A stretch of DNA of 48,361 bases from Mesotaenium endlicherianum (taxonomy: Eukaryota): the NCBI GenBank assembly GCA_009602735.1, contig WELA01003242.1, positions 58,208 to 106,568 on the forward strand. Direction: 5' to 3'. Positions 13,560-23,781 of this stretch are shown here, one piece after another (the first letter of the stretch is position 1; each line of letters opens with the position of its first letter). The notes beneath the pieces are model-generated. The model searched no databases, had not been told where the DNA came from, and saw only the letters and a program-made list of their open reading frames with translations. The translations under genes and the position numbers were made by a program.

Positions 13560-14960
13560 GTTCCTGCTGAGTCCATCGGCGTCGTTGTTGAGTACACCTG
13601 CTCAATGTACCACCGTCATCTTGTACTCCTGGAGCTTGAGAGCCCAGCGAGCCAATTTACCAGTGAGGTCTCCATTCTTCATCAGCCAGAGCAACGGTGA
13701 GTGATCTGTGATCAGCGTGAAAGTTCTTCCCCATGGATACTCTCTGAAATGTGTGACAGCCCAAACCACTGCCAACAACTCTTCTTCGTAGGACGAGTGT
13801 TTGCTCTCTGCTCTGTTGTTAGAGCGCGAGGCATAGGCAATGACGTACTCCTCTCTAGGACTTGCAGCCTGAGTGAGTATTGCGCCGATTCCCACACGAC
13901 TCCAATAGGTGTGTAGATTGAACGGCTTGGAGTAGTCAGGCGTTCGCAAGACTGGGGCCGTTACCAGCCGCTCCTTGAGCTTGTTCATGGCTTTCTCCTG
14001 GGCTTCCGTCCACACAAAAGGAACATTCTTTTTCAGGAGTTTCGTCAAGGATTTAGCAATTTTGCTATAGTCCTTCACAAATTTACAATAGTATCCGCTT
14101 AGACCTTACAGAGCTTTCATCTTAGACACATTCGCAGGTGCAGGTATCTTGTAAATGGCTTCAGTCTTTACAGCTTGAGGGAACACAGCATTGTTCCCAA
14201 TCTCATGTCCTAAGTAAGGCACATGTGCCTCAAAGAATCTGCACTTTCCAGGATGCAGCGTCATCTGGAATTCCTCCAGGCACTGGAACACTTGTTCCAA
14301 GTGCTCGAGGTGCTCCTCCATGGACTTGCTAAACACCACTACCTCATCAATGGATGGTTTTGCAAAATCTAGCCCCTCCAGCACTTCATTCATAGTCCTC
14401 TGAAAGATGGCTGGGGCATTTTTCAGCCCAAACGGCAATACCGTCTATTGCCAAAGTTTCCTTTGAGCCCAGAAAGCGGTCTTACCTCGATCTTCCGTTT
14501 TTACAGGGATCTAGTTGAAGCCTTGGCGTAGATCGATGATGCTGAACACCTTTCCGATGGTGGCAATCGCAAAGATCCGCTCTGGTGTAGGCATCACGTA
14601 GCTGTCTGGCTCCGTGTGGAGGTTTAGTCGCCTGTAGTCTCCACACATACGAGTGGCTGTATAATTGCCAGCCTCGTCCTTCTTGGCAACTACTATTGTG
14701 GGCGCTCCATGTACTGAGGTCAATTTCTCAATCATGCCGAGCTTGTGCAATTCCTGGCAAGTTTTCTTCACACAATCCTATTTGGTCTGACTGAGCTTAC
14801 GCGGCCCCAGTCTGACTAGGTTATCAGTAGTTAGTGTGATCTCGCACACAACGGCAGTGGTTCTACCAATCTTCTCCTTGGTGAAAGCAAACACCTTGCG
14901 GTGCTTCTTCAGCAGCCTTTCTACTTGTGCTCTCTATTAGGCTGAGACCATTTTTCCAAT
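13560..14960 (-). pseudogene. Reverse transcriptase and RNase H of D (several stops and frameshifts)
   Basis: RMCGDYRRLN, IDLRQGFN, LPFGLKNAPAIFQR, decayed catalytic SIDE, VIAYASR, ELLAVVWAV, ITDHSPL, KLARWAL. Confidence 0.92.
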
Positions 14961-14970
14961 GGTGAAAACC

Positions 14971-17664
14971 TCAGTTTCCGACTGCATCACCCCAACACAG
15001 GCATCCAATAGTTGCTACTCTTTGGGAAAAGCCCTCATCTTGACCTTCAGGCTTTTCTGCCTGATTGTTAGGCGGTGGAGTGGCAGGCTTCGCAGCTTGC
15101 TCCTCCGCTGGCTTAGGCTCGGTGGCCTGCTTCTTAGGCCTTTTACCTTTTCCAATGGATTGCCGCCTCTCCTGTTGAGTGGAGTATGTCAGACGCCTCC
15201 GGATGGGCTGCCTCAAGAACCGTTCTTCATCGGCTGCAGTCCAGCTGGTCCCCGTTCCTCCCTCTTCACGTGGTGGGGGCGGGTTCGGCAAAGGCCACCC
15301 TGCTGGATCTGCTCTAAGGTCGATTGTCCAACCCCACTCGCGCTCAATGGTAGCAATGCGCGCAACGATTGTGCCAAACTCCTCCCTGGCTGGTGGCGTA
15401 ACCGTCCATGCTTGTGTCAAAGTCCGTGGTCTTTGAGCCGCAGCTAGTTGTGCGTATACAGCATTTTCTGCCGTTAAGCGACTTATGGTACTTTTCAGCT
15501 CTACCAATTCCCTTTCAAAAAGTGCGGGTGTCCTAGGAGCTGAACTATCCTTCTCCCACGTTCCAGTGGATGAAGGGCGTACCTTGGGAGTGGGAATTCC
15601 CAATGCCATGGCTTTGCGAACCAAGCCATCCTCTCCCTCTCTCTGCAAAATCTCTAGGATAGGTGACGAAGGAGGTGCCATGGTTCCTTTTGGAACCCCT
15701 TCTCTCTGAGCTGTTCCTCTAGAGATACCGCATCAGCATCCGCCTGAAAGGTGCATTCCCTTCTCGGGCCACCTTTCTTGGTCTGCTTGCGACCGTGAGG
15801 ATTACCTCGTATTGGTTCCACCTTAGCGGTGCAGGCAGCCACTTCTTGCGGCTGTTGTAGCTGATGTGGGGTAGCTTCTGGTGCTAGAAGACTGGCGGTT
15901 GGAGTGCTGGATGTAGGCGACCTCAGATCGTTGTATAGATTTGCCGGGCTGGGCCCCTCCATTATCAAGTGGTTGGCCATCCAGTCATCCGTCCTGAGCT
16001 CTTGTAGTTAGCTCTGGGGTAGGGCGTGGAATTTCTTCCGGAATCTCCTCTTCATTGGTGACTGACGACAGGTCTATCTGTGGAAGATCTGGCATCTTTG
16101 CCTCATCTTAAACTGACTTCTCCATTCTAGGTGGTGGTGGCTTTCCATCATTATCTGTGTTGAGCTTTGCCAGGTTGACGATGGATGATTGTAAAGCGCT
16201 TGCCGCCTTAGCCACTTCCTCTTCTTTGTGCCGTCGAGCGTCTGCTTCCAGCAGCTGCTCCATGATCTGTCTTGCAATAGATTTAGCTGTCTGACTGGCT
16301 GAACCCTGCTGTTGCCCTTTGGCCTGCGACTCTGGGCTCATCAAAGAAAGTGTTGTGGGCAATTGCTTGCTTGACTCCTCCTTACGTTCTTCGAATATCA
16401 CTTCGAGACATACGGTCTTTGCAGACCCTCCAGAATCTCCTGACTTTTGGCTACTCTCTTCAGCCCATTCACCAATATTACACTGGCGTTCTTGCACTGA
16501 TGCTTGGTTTAGTAGGTATTATTCATAGTCTTCAAGCGTTGGCTCAGGGGTCTTCTTCTCAGAATTCTCTGACATGTCTTGTAACAGCGCTTGCTCTGGT
16601 GAAGACGATAGACACCTTCGGTGAGCTTCCCAGCTACTTGAGCTTTCCTGCCGATAGTCTCCGCGCCTAGCTGCTCTTGGGCTGAGGTGGGTATCATACC
16701 CTGATCTGGCATCTTTTGGAGTCTCCTTGTAGTGAAACAGATAGATGAAGTACTTAGTGAAATATAATACTTTATCTATTCAAGACAAGGATCTTTGAAC
16801 ACAAGTGGTAGCTTTTTGAAAGAGAGATGGCTTCTTGAAAGTCAATATATTTCTGGATTTTGGCAAGTACAAGAGTGATTCTGGAATGTCTTTCTATGTT
16901 CTAGCTCTTGTTTATATACTTGCTAAATAAGTAAGTTCTAGGAAGGTGTATGTTGATGTGTTGGCACCCAACACATCCCAAAACTTGCCACCTCTTTCTA
17001 CAATAATGTACACATGTCCTTTTGACCTAAAAATGGCACATTTGACTTTTGCCACGTGGAGTTCTTCTAGGTTTTTCCTCTAACTTCGAAAATGCCTTAG
17101 AAGGTTTAAAGGACATGAACCAAGTTACTAGAGTACCTATTCACACTTGAATCCACACACTACTACTCCAAATATATTTGAAAACATCAAAATATATGCA
17201 AACTAATATATAATAACTCAAATCACTACACTCCTCACGCCTTGATGTCGTGGCTCTAAAAGGTGGACTCCCAGATATTTGATTGTGAGTGGCGATTCTC
17301 ACGGATGGCGGGGTGTCCTGCGTACCATCTTCTGCGCTTGGCAGCGGCGTTGTCTGCTCATGCGTCTGGTCCCCCATGGGTGTATCCTCTCTTTCCAGAG
17401 GTGCTTGTAATTCAGCGGTCCGGTTATCGATCCGGTAGAATAGATCCTGGTATCTCATCAGTTCAGCTACCCCAGCTTCCTTGAATGCTCTGTCTCTGGC
17501 AGCTTTTGCTGCATCTCTTTGCACACCGTATTCTTCTTGTTGCTGATGTGCCGTCCTGATAGCCCTCTGATCAGATGTTGGCACCACATGGACCCCAATT
17601 GTCACTGGTCTTGGCCTAGGCATAGGCTTGTCAGTGAAGATCAACTGCTGCAATGTCATGATGG
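14971..17664 (-). pseudogene. Long P/E/Q/S-rich linker of D between methyltransferase and RT, split by the solo LTR
   Basis: Chain of same-strand ORFs (17141-17797, 16108-16497, 15654-15980, 14971-15681). Frame continues across the solo LTR (..SRREE|TPKDARSG..). No domain recognised. Confidence 0.65.
16728..17230 (-). mobile_element. Solo LTR of family A (503 bp)
   Basis: TG...CA termini; perfect 5-bp TSD CTCCT (16723-16727, 17231-17235); no PBS or PPT. Confidence 0.97.
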
Positions 17665-18621
17665 TCACCACCAGCCAAGTCATAGAGTGCTGTCCAATCA
17701 TGTTGCTGAAAATCTTCGCAGCTTCATCTAATCCTACGACACTGACTATCTGCCGAGCTATGGTGTTGGGTATTCCAAGGCATTTTCCCTTCTCCACCGC
17801 AATAGGCTCTCTTCAAACGGCATCTCTTTCATGCATGTCTTTGACCATTCTTGGTCCACTTCCTATGAAGGCTCGAGATCCTGGATACGCTGTGAAGGTT
17901 GGCAGTACCACCCTTGGCTGACCTGGTTCGTTAATGACGCATTGTGGATAGGAATCCCTCCTAGTCACTGGCCTGGTATGTATCGCCAGCGCCTTTTCCA
18001 CCGTCAATGCCGTCGGTGATTGCCGTGTAAGGTCTTCCATCTCTCTCAGGATCTCAACAGACATGCCGTTGGTCCAAAATATTCTGGCCCTATGGGATAA
18101 TCCTCCGTGCTTAAAGTCGTTGATTAGCACATAATGACCCAAGGTGGAGTCAAAAATTAGCCATGGCTCTCCCGGCTTCATCTGCTTGTAATCCATTCCT
18201 GGATGTACGTTTTCAACCACAAACATTGGTGGGTGATAGTGCTGACGTTCCCGCAGCATGCTGATGATTTTCACCATCCATCCCAAGTGTTGTGCTCGTG
18301 GATCACTAAATCCCCTCCTGTTCCCAGCTTGAGAAAATGGTTGACAAGGGAATCCAGCAAAGATCCAGTCAATCTTGTAGCCATACAGGTCTTCAGGCTT
18401 CACATTAATAATGTTGCCTCCACGATGCGCTCAACATTAGTGTATGCGAGCACCAACCCCTTAAAGTGATGCATTTGCTGCATCTGACTCATGACTTCTC
18501 TGAATGCTAGAAAAGCATGGTTAACATTGTCCACATACAGGACTGTGGCCACTTGGATCCCTCGCTAGATCAATGCTATGGTCCCTGACCCAAGTCCGTC
18601 GAACAATTCCAACACCACTAC
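17665..18621 (-). pseudogene. C5-cytosine DNA methyltransferase domain inside the D polyprotein
   Basis: Motif I VLELFDGLGSG, II LYVD, IV AGFPCQPFSQAG (core 18341-18355), V DPR, VI FVVENV, VIII HRARIFW, IX REPIAVEKGKCLGIP, X-like FSNMI. Stops at 18565 and 17813, frameshift near 18420. Confidence 0.93.
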
Positions 18622-18899
18622 TCCCGTTTTACGAAAAGGATCTCCCATCCTGACAATGCCTTGCGGCAGCGGCTCGACTCCAGGCATCAGGTTTGCAGCG
18701 GAGATAACTGGGTAGGGTACTGGCAGCAGCTCTTGCGGGCCGCGGTCCCTATTACTCACAGTTTCCAGCTGCTCCATAATCAGAGGCTGCCATACCAAGG
18801 GTGTTGGCATGTTGATGCTCGTATAGCTTTCCTCTTCGCGCTTCATAATGTTGTCGCAAGATTCTGGGTACTTGTCGTTAACGCAGCAGTCTAGCAGCT

Positions 18900-19163
18900 C
18901 GTAGTTTGCTTCTCCTGTGCAAACCATCTTCACAGGAATTTCTCCTGCCGGCTGCCGATTTGTTGACTGGTAAGTCACCTGCTGCTTCCGCAGAACAATG
19001 ACTATACCCAAAGGAATCAACGCTTCCGTTCCCAAGAGAACATCATAGTTCTCTGCTTCCGTCACTGTGCACTCCATGAGTAGTGACGCCTCTTCAGGTT
19101 TCCCTCAATTTACTGTGATTTTCACAGGCTTGCGGGTAATCCCACAAGACTTTGAGACTTGCC
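18900..19163 (-). pseudogene. C-terminal half of D aspartic protease
   Basis: YDVLLGTEAL; in phase with LLDTGAQ...LRTAS| on the far side of element C (TAS|GQVSKSCG). Confidence 0.85.
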
Positions 19164-19168
19164 CTGAG

Positions 19169-19920
19169 TGTAAGGTCATAGGTTCATAAAGTGCATTTTT
19201 GAGTTTCATGAAAGTATGTTTTGATTGTATAGTAGTGTAGAGTGCATTTTTGTGGTCATTTTGATATAAAGTTCATCGAATTTGGTCAAGTATTGAGAGA
19301 GTTATGGATTTCCGAAGTTTAATTAGTTTAGAGGTCGGTTGACAACTGTCCTTAATTTGCGGTGAGCGCGACCGTCGGACTGACCGACAGCGTCGAGCGA
19401 TCTGGCCCATTAGAATGAACTCGAACCTTCACGTAAGTTCGGCTGACGCGGAGTGCCGACTAGGTCGATTTACCTAGAAGTTTCGGTTTAGCCTAGCGCG
19501 TCTAAGATAGAATATTCTAGTAATGTCGATGCATGTATGTGGACGTGAATTCAGCCCGANAGCCCGACACGTCGGATTAAACTGATCTGGCTTACTCACG
19601 AATATTCTGGAAGGGACGATTTGACGAACACTTTGGAAAATCCGTAGCTTCCTCCTAGGGAGGAGTACTTAGGCAGAAAATTAAAAATAGGCATAACTTC
19701 TTTGTTTCTTATCAGTTTTCACTTCTGTAAATTCCTACGGGTTAGTAATTACAAGGCCTTTCATCCTACATCATTTGTGAGCAGTTTCTTGCCACTCAAA
19801 ATGTCAAGTAATTTTCCTAAGCTTTCTTAGTAATATGCCGCTGCACTCTTGAGTATGATTGCAACAAGCTTTGTTCCTCGTGAGTCACTACGCTTCCACT
19901 AGGGCACTCTGCCCCTTTCA
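19169..19920 (+). repeat. 5' LTR of C
   Basis: TG...CA; highly similar to 31850-32602. Confidence 0.96.
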
Positions 19921-19957
19921 TCTGGTATTGGAGCAGGGCTAGTTTGCATATTATATT

Positions 19958-20223
19958 ATGGAGTCGCAGACGGAAGCTGGAGGAGGCGAACATGTCGAGC
20001 ATGTTGAGCGCGCGGGGCAGCAGGCAGCACCAACGATGACCAGAGAGCAACAAGAGATACAGGCGATGCTAAGGCACATGGCAAATGCAATGGGAGGAGA
20101 AGTCTACACCCAGTTTCAATAAAGTATGCGCGCGGAGGTGGAGAGAATGGTGCGAATTGTTGTGGGGAACGCCGCTTCGACGAGTTCGGCACCTGCACCC
20201 GTTGTACCACCAATTCATGTTGA
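19958..20223 (+). pseudogene. gag: 5' part of C gag (one in-frame TAA; cut by hAT insertion)
   Basis: ATG after the PBS: MESQTEAGGGEH...PVVPPIHV, continuing in phase as NPVVQPVIPP after 27493. Confidence 0.85.
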
Positions 20224-21089
20224 CATGGTTACGCCGTACGCGTATCTGACGCTCTTGATACGCTAAATTTAGCGTATCAAGTTGGTACGTGCGTATCAAG
20301 CGTACGAAACTTTTTGCACACCTGTGCGCCGCCCACGACGCCGTTCGACGGCCGTTTGGTCCGGTGCTCAATGTTTTTCCATTTCAAAGTTTCTCGTCGA
20401 CAATGTGGGACGGGGATAAAAATAAAGGTTGAACACAGTTCGATGAGTTAGGGCAGTCAATGGCGGGAACACCAGAACCTTCGTGCCTTTTAGTTTGGCT
20501 GCTGGCAAGCAAGAACTAATCGCTGTGTTAGGTACGAGGATTTAATTTGCAGCATGTACACTAGTGACTACTGACTAGAGTCTTTCTATTGTCATTTTCC
20601 GCGTATTCTTCATTCGTATGTAGAGTCGTATCCAAAACGAAGGAAGGCAATCATTTTAGCAGATCACTGTGGCGCGGCAAGACGCGAATAATAGGCTGAG
20701 AAAGAGTACCTGATAGCTTGCAGGTGATCACAATCTGGCTATCCTCAACTTTCAGAGCACCTCCCATGCATATCATCTTGTGCTCCTGAGTTTGGCAGGT
20801 GTGCACATAGGGCTGCCAGGCGTGTGCGGGGCGGACCGGGAGTTGTCCTTCTGCGCTTACACATTGCTGACCTCGTGAGCCCCGCACCGTCCCTCTCTAC
20901 TCTTGCTTGCACTCCTCATCTCGCCTCCGCCGCCACGTTGTGCTCTTCCAGTAGCAGCACTGCCGGGATTGGGCTTCTGTGGCTGCTCCTTGCTGGGTGC
21001 CTGATTAGTGGCAACGTCAGATCATCTGATAGGGGAGGCAAGGGAAGGCAGAGAGGGTGTGCGGAAGGGAACAAGCTAGGCAAGGGACG

Positions 21090-22745
21090 AGGGAGGAGAG
21101 AGAGGGCAGGGAGGGAGGGAGGAGCAGGCAGGGATGTGCAACGCTGCCTGCTGCTGCCTGCACACTCTCCCTTGCAGGCTCAGAGGTGTGCAGATGGGAG
21201 CAGGCGGGAGGAGGAAGGTGGTAGGAGGTAGGAGGTAGGAGGGAGGAGAGAGAGGGCAGGGAGGGAGGAAGCAGGAGGGAGGGAGGAGCAGGCAGGGATG
21301 TGCAGCGCTGCCTGCTGCTGCCTGCACACTCTCCCTTGCAGGCTCAGAGGTGTGCAGATGGGAGCAGGCGGGAGGAGGAAGGTGGTAGGAGGTAGGAGGT
21401 AGGAGGGAGGAGAGAGTGGGCAGGGAAGAAGGAAGCAGGAGGGAGGAGGGAGCGGTCAGGGATGTGCAGCGCTGCCTGCTGCTGCCTGCACACTCTTTGT
21501 CTCTTGCAGGCTCTGGCAGCAGGCTCTGGCTTGTTGGGGTGGGCGGGGGAGTGGGGGGGCTGCTCCTCTCGCGGGGCTGGCAATCATGAGGGGGCTGTAA
21601 CATAAGCATCTGCACCCCTTTTCGCCCTCCTTAGTGTGTCCAGGGGCTGTCCTCGCCTCCTGTTTTAGCGTGTGGAGAGGTCTGTGCAGGGGCTGTCTGG
21701 GGCAGGGCAAGGCAGGGCAGAGAGCAGACAGGCTGTGCAGAAGGGAGCAGGTTAGGCGAGGGAGAGGGAGGAGGGAGGAGGGAGGAGAGTGGGCAAGGAG
21801 GGAGGAAGCAAGAGGGAGGAGGGAGGAGGGAGGAGGGAGGAGAGTGGGTAGGGAGGGAGGAAGCAAGAGGGAGGAGGGAGCGGTCAGGGTTGTGCAACGC
21901 TGCCTGCTGCTGCCTGCACACTCTTTGTCTCTTGCAGGCTCTGGCAGCAGGCTCTGGCTTGTTGGGGTGGGCGGGGGAGTGGGGGGGCTGCTCCTCTCGC
22001 GGGGCTGGCAATCATGAGGGGGCTGTAACATAAGCATCTGCACCCCTTTTCGCCCTCCTTAGTGTGTCCAGGGGCTGTCCTCGCCTCCTGTTTTAGCGTG
22101 TGGAGAGGTCTGTGCAGGGGCTGTCTGGGGCAGGGCAAGGCAGGGCAGAGAGCAGACAGGCTGTGCAGAAGGGAGCAGGTTAGGCGAGGGAGAGGGAGGA
22201 GGGAGGAGGGAGGAGAGTGGGCAAGGAGGGAGGAAGCAAGAGGGAGGAGGGAGGAGGGAGGAGGGAGGAGAGTGGGTAGGGAGGGAGGAAGCAAGAGGGA
22301 GGAGGGAGCGGTCAGGGATGTGCAACGCTGCCTGCTGCTGCCTGCACACTCTCCGTCTCTTGCAGGCTCTGGCAGCAGGCTCTGGCTTGTTGGGGTGGGC
22401 GGGGGAGTGGGGGGGCTGCTCCTCTCGCGGGGCTGGCAATCATGAGGGGGCTGCAACATAAGCATCTACACCCCTTCTCGCCCTCCTTAGTGTGTCCAGG
22501 GGCTGTCCTCGCCTCTTGTTTTAGCGTGTGGAGAGGTCTGTGCAGGGGCTGTCTGGGGCAGGGCAAGGCAGGGCAGAGAGCAAACAGGCTGTGCAAAAGG
22601 GAGCAGGTTAGGCGAGGGAGAGGGAGGAGGGAGGAGGGAGGAGAGTGGGCAGGGAGGGAGGAAGCAAGAGGGAGGAGGGAACGGGCAGGGATGTGCAGCG
22701 CAGCCTGCTGCTGCTTGCCCACTCTCTGCCTCTTGCAGGCTCTGG
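21090..22745. repeat. Tandem array inside hAT with periods 164, 164, 428, 428, 373 bp
   Basis: Anchor similar to GGGATGTGCARCGCTGCCTGCTGCTG at 21131, 21295, 21459, 21887, 22315, 22688. Confidence 0.92.
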
Positions 22746-22797
22746 CAGATGTCGATGTGCTGACCCCACCCACTCTTGCATGGCACGTGCCTGGCAG

Positions 22798-22893
22798 CCC
22801 GCAGCCGAGAAGTACCTGAACGACAAGAAGGCCTTCTTCCACGAGTACGTTGAGGCGCACAAGAAGCTCAGCGAGCTGGGCGCCAAGCTTCAG
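22798..22893 (+). pseudogene. Captured exon resembling the ascorbate peroxidase C-terminus
   Basis: AG|CCC...CAG|GTGAG, 96 nt, PAAEKYLNDKKAFFHEYVEAHKKLSELGAKLQ, matching the APX consensus YAEKYAxDxxAFFxDYAEAHxKLSxLGAKF. Confidence 0.82.
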
Positions 22894-23781
22894 GTGAGCT
22901 CCATGACTAGCATGCCGTGCCTGGCCTCTGGCTTTGTCGCCCCTTTTTTGCAACCAGCCTCTGCCTGAATTGTTGATTAATCCAATGAAGGGAGCTTGGG
23001 GGGGGGGAAGGGGGGGGGGGGATGCAGGCTCAGACGGTCTCAACGCGCACAAATCTGCGTGTGGTGACCTTGCAACCTCTTGCACTTGAAGCCTGAAGGT
23101 GTGCGCAAGGCTTGCGCCCTACCTGGCCCGTGTCTCTGCGCGCTTCATCGCAGCCACCTCTTGCCTGATTTGTCAATTAATGCAATGAAGGGCTGCTGGG
23201 GGGGGGGGGGGTGTAGGCTCAGAAGCTGGCTGCCCCGCCAAATCTGCGTACTTCGATCCTGCAAGCTCTCGCACATCGAGGTGAGCGTGAGGACTTGCAC
23301 GCCCTGCCTGGCTTGTGGTTTTGCGCGTTTGTTTACTGCCAGCCCTTGCTTGAATTGTTGATTAAGGCAAAGAAGGGGGGGCTTTTGGGGGGGGGGTGTG
23401 GGTGCATGCTCGAAAGCAGACTGCTCCGCACAAATCTCGTGCGTCGACCCTGCGACCACTCGCAGTTTGCACAAATCTCGTGCGTCGACCCTGCGACCAC
23501 TCGCAGTTACAGGTCAGCGCGAGGACTAGCACGCCTATCCCCCTGCCTTTTTGCATGTATGTGTGTGCGCATGACTTGCCTGCATGCGCGCGTTCCTGTG
23601 CGCTTCATTGTGGGGATGTGGGGCAGCTCGCAACAGCGCGCCCAATGACGCTGCTGTGCGTGTGGCGGTTGTCGGGCACGCTGCTGTGGGCTGCCGCTTG
23701 TCGTCGTCGTCGTTGTTGTTGTCTTCTTGCCTTCTCCTTATTCTAACACTGTTTCTCTTGTCCATGCAGATTTTTCCCAAC

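Noticed and set aside
17141..17230. Hydrophobic tail of ORF 17141-17797 suggesting an env or TM segment
   Set aside because: Read-through into the solo LTR.
21076..23085. Repeated ORFs and a CRISPR-like repeat/spacer look
   Set aside because: Intervening sequences are themselves repeated, there are no cas genes, and the context is eukaryotic; this is a tandem array.
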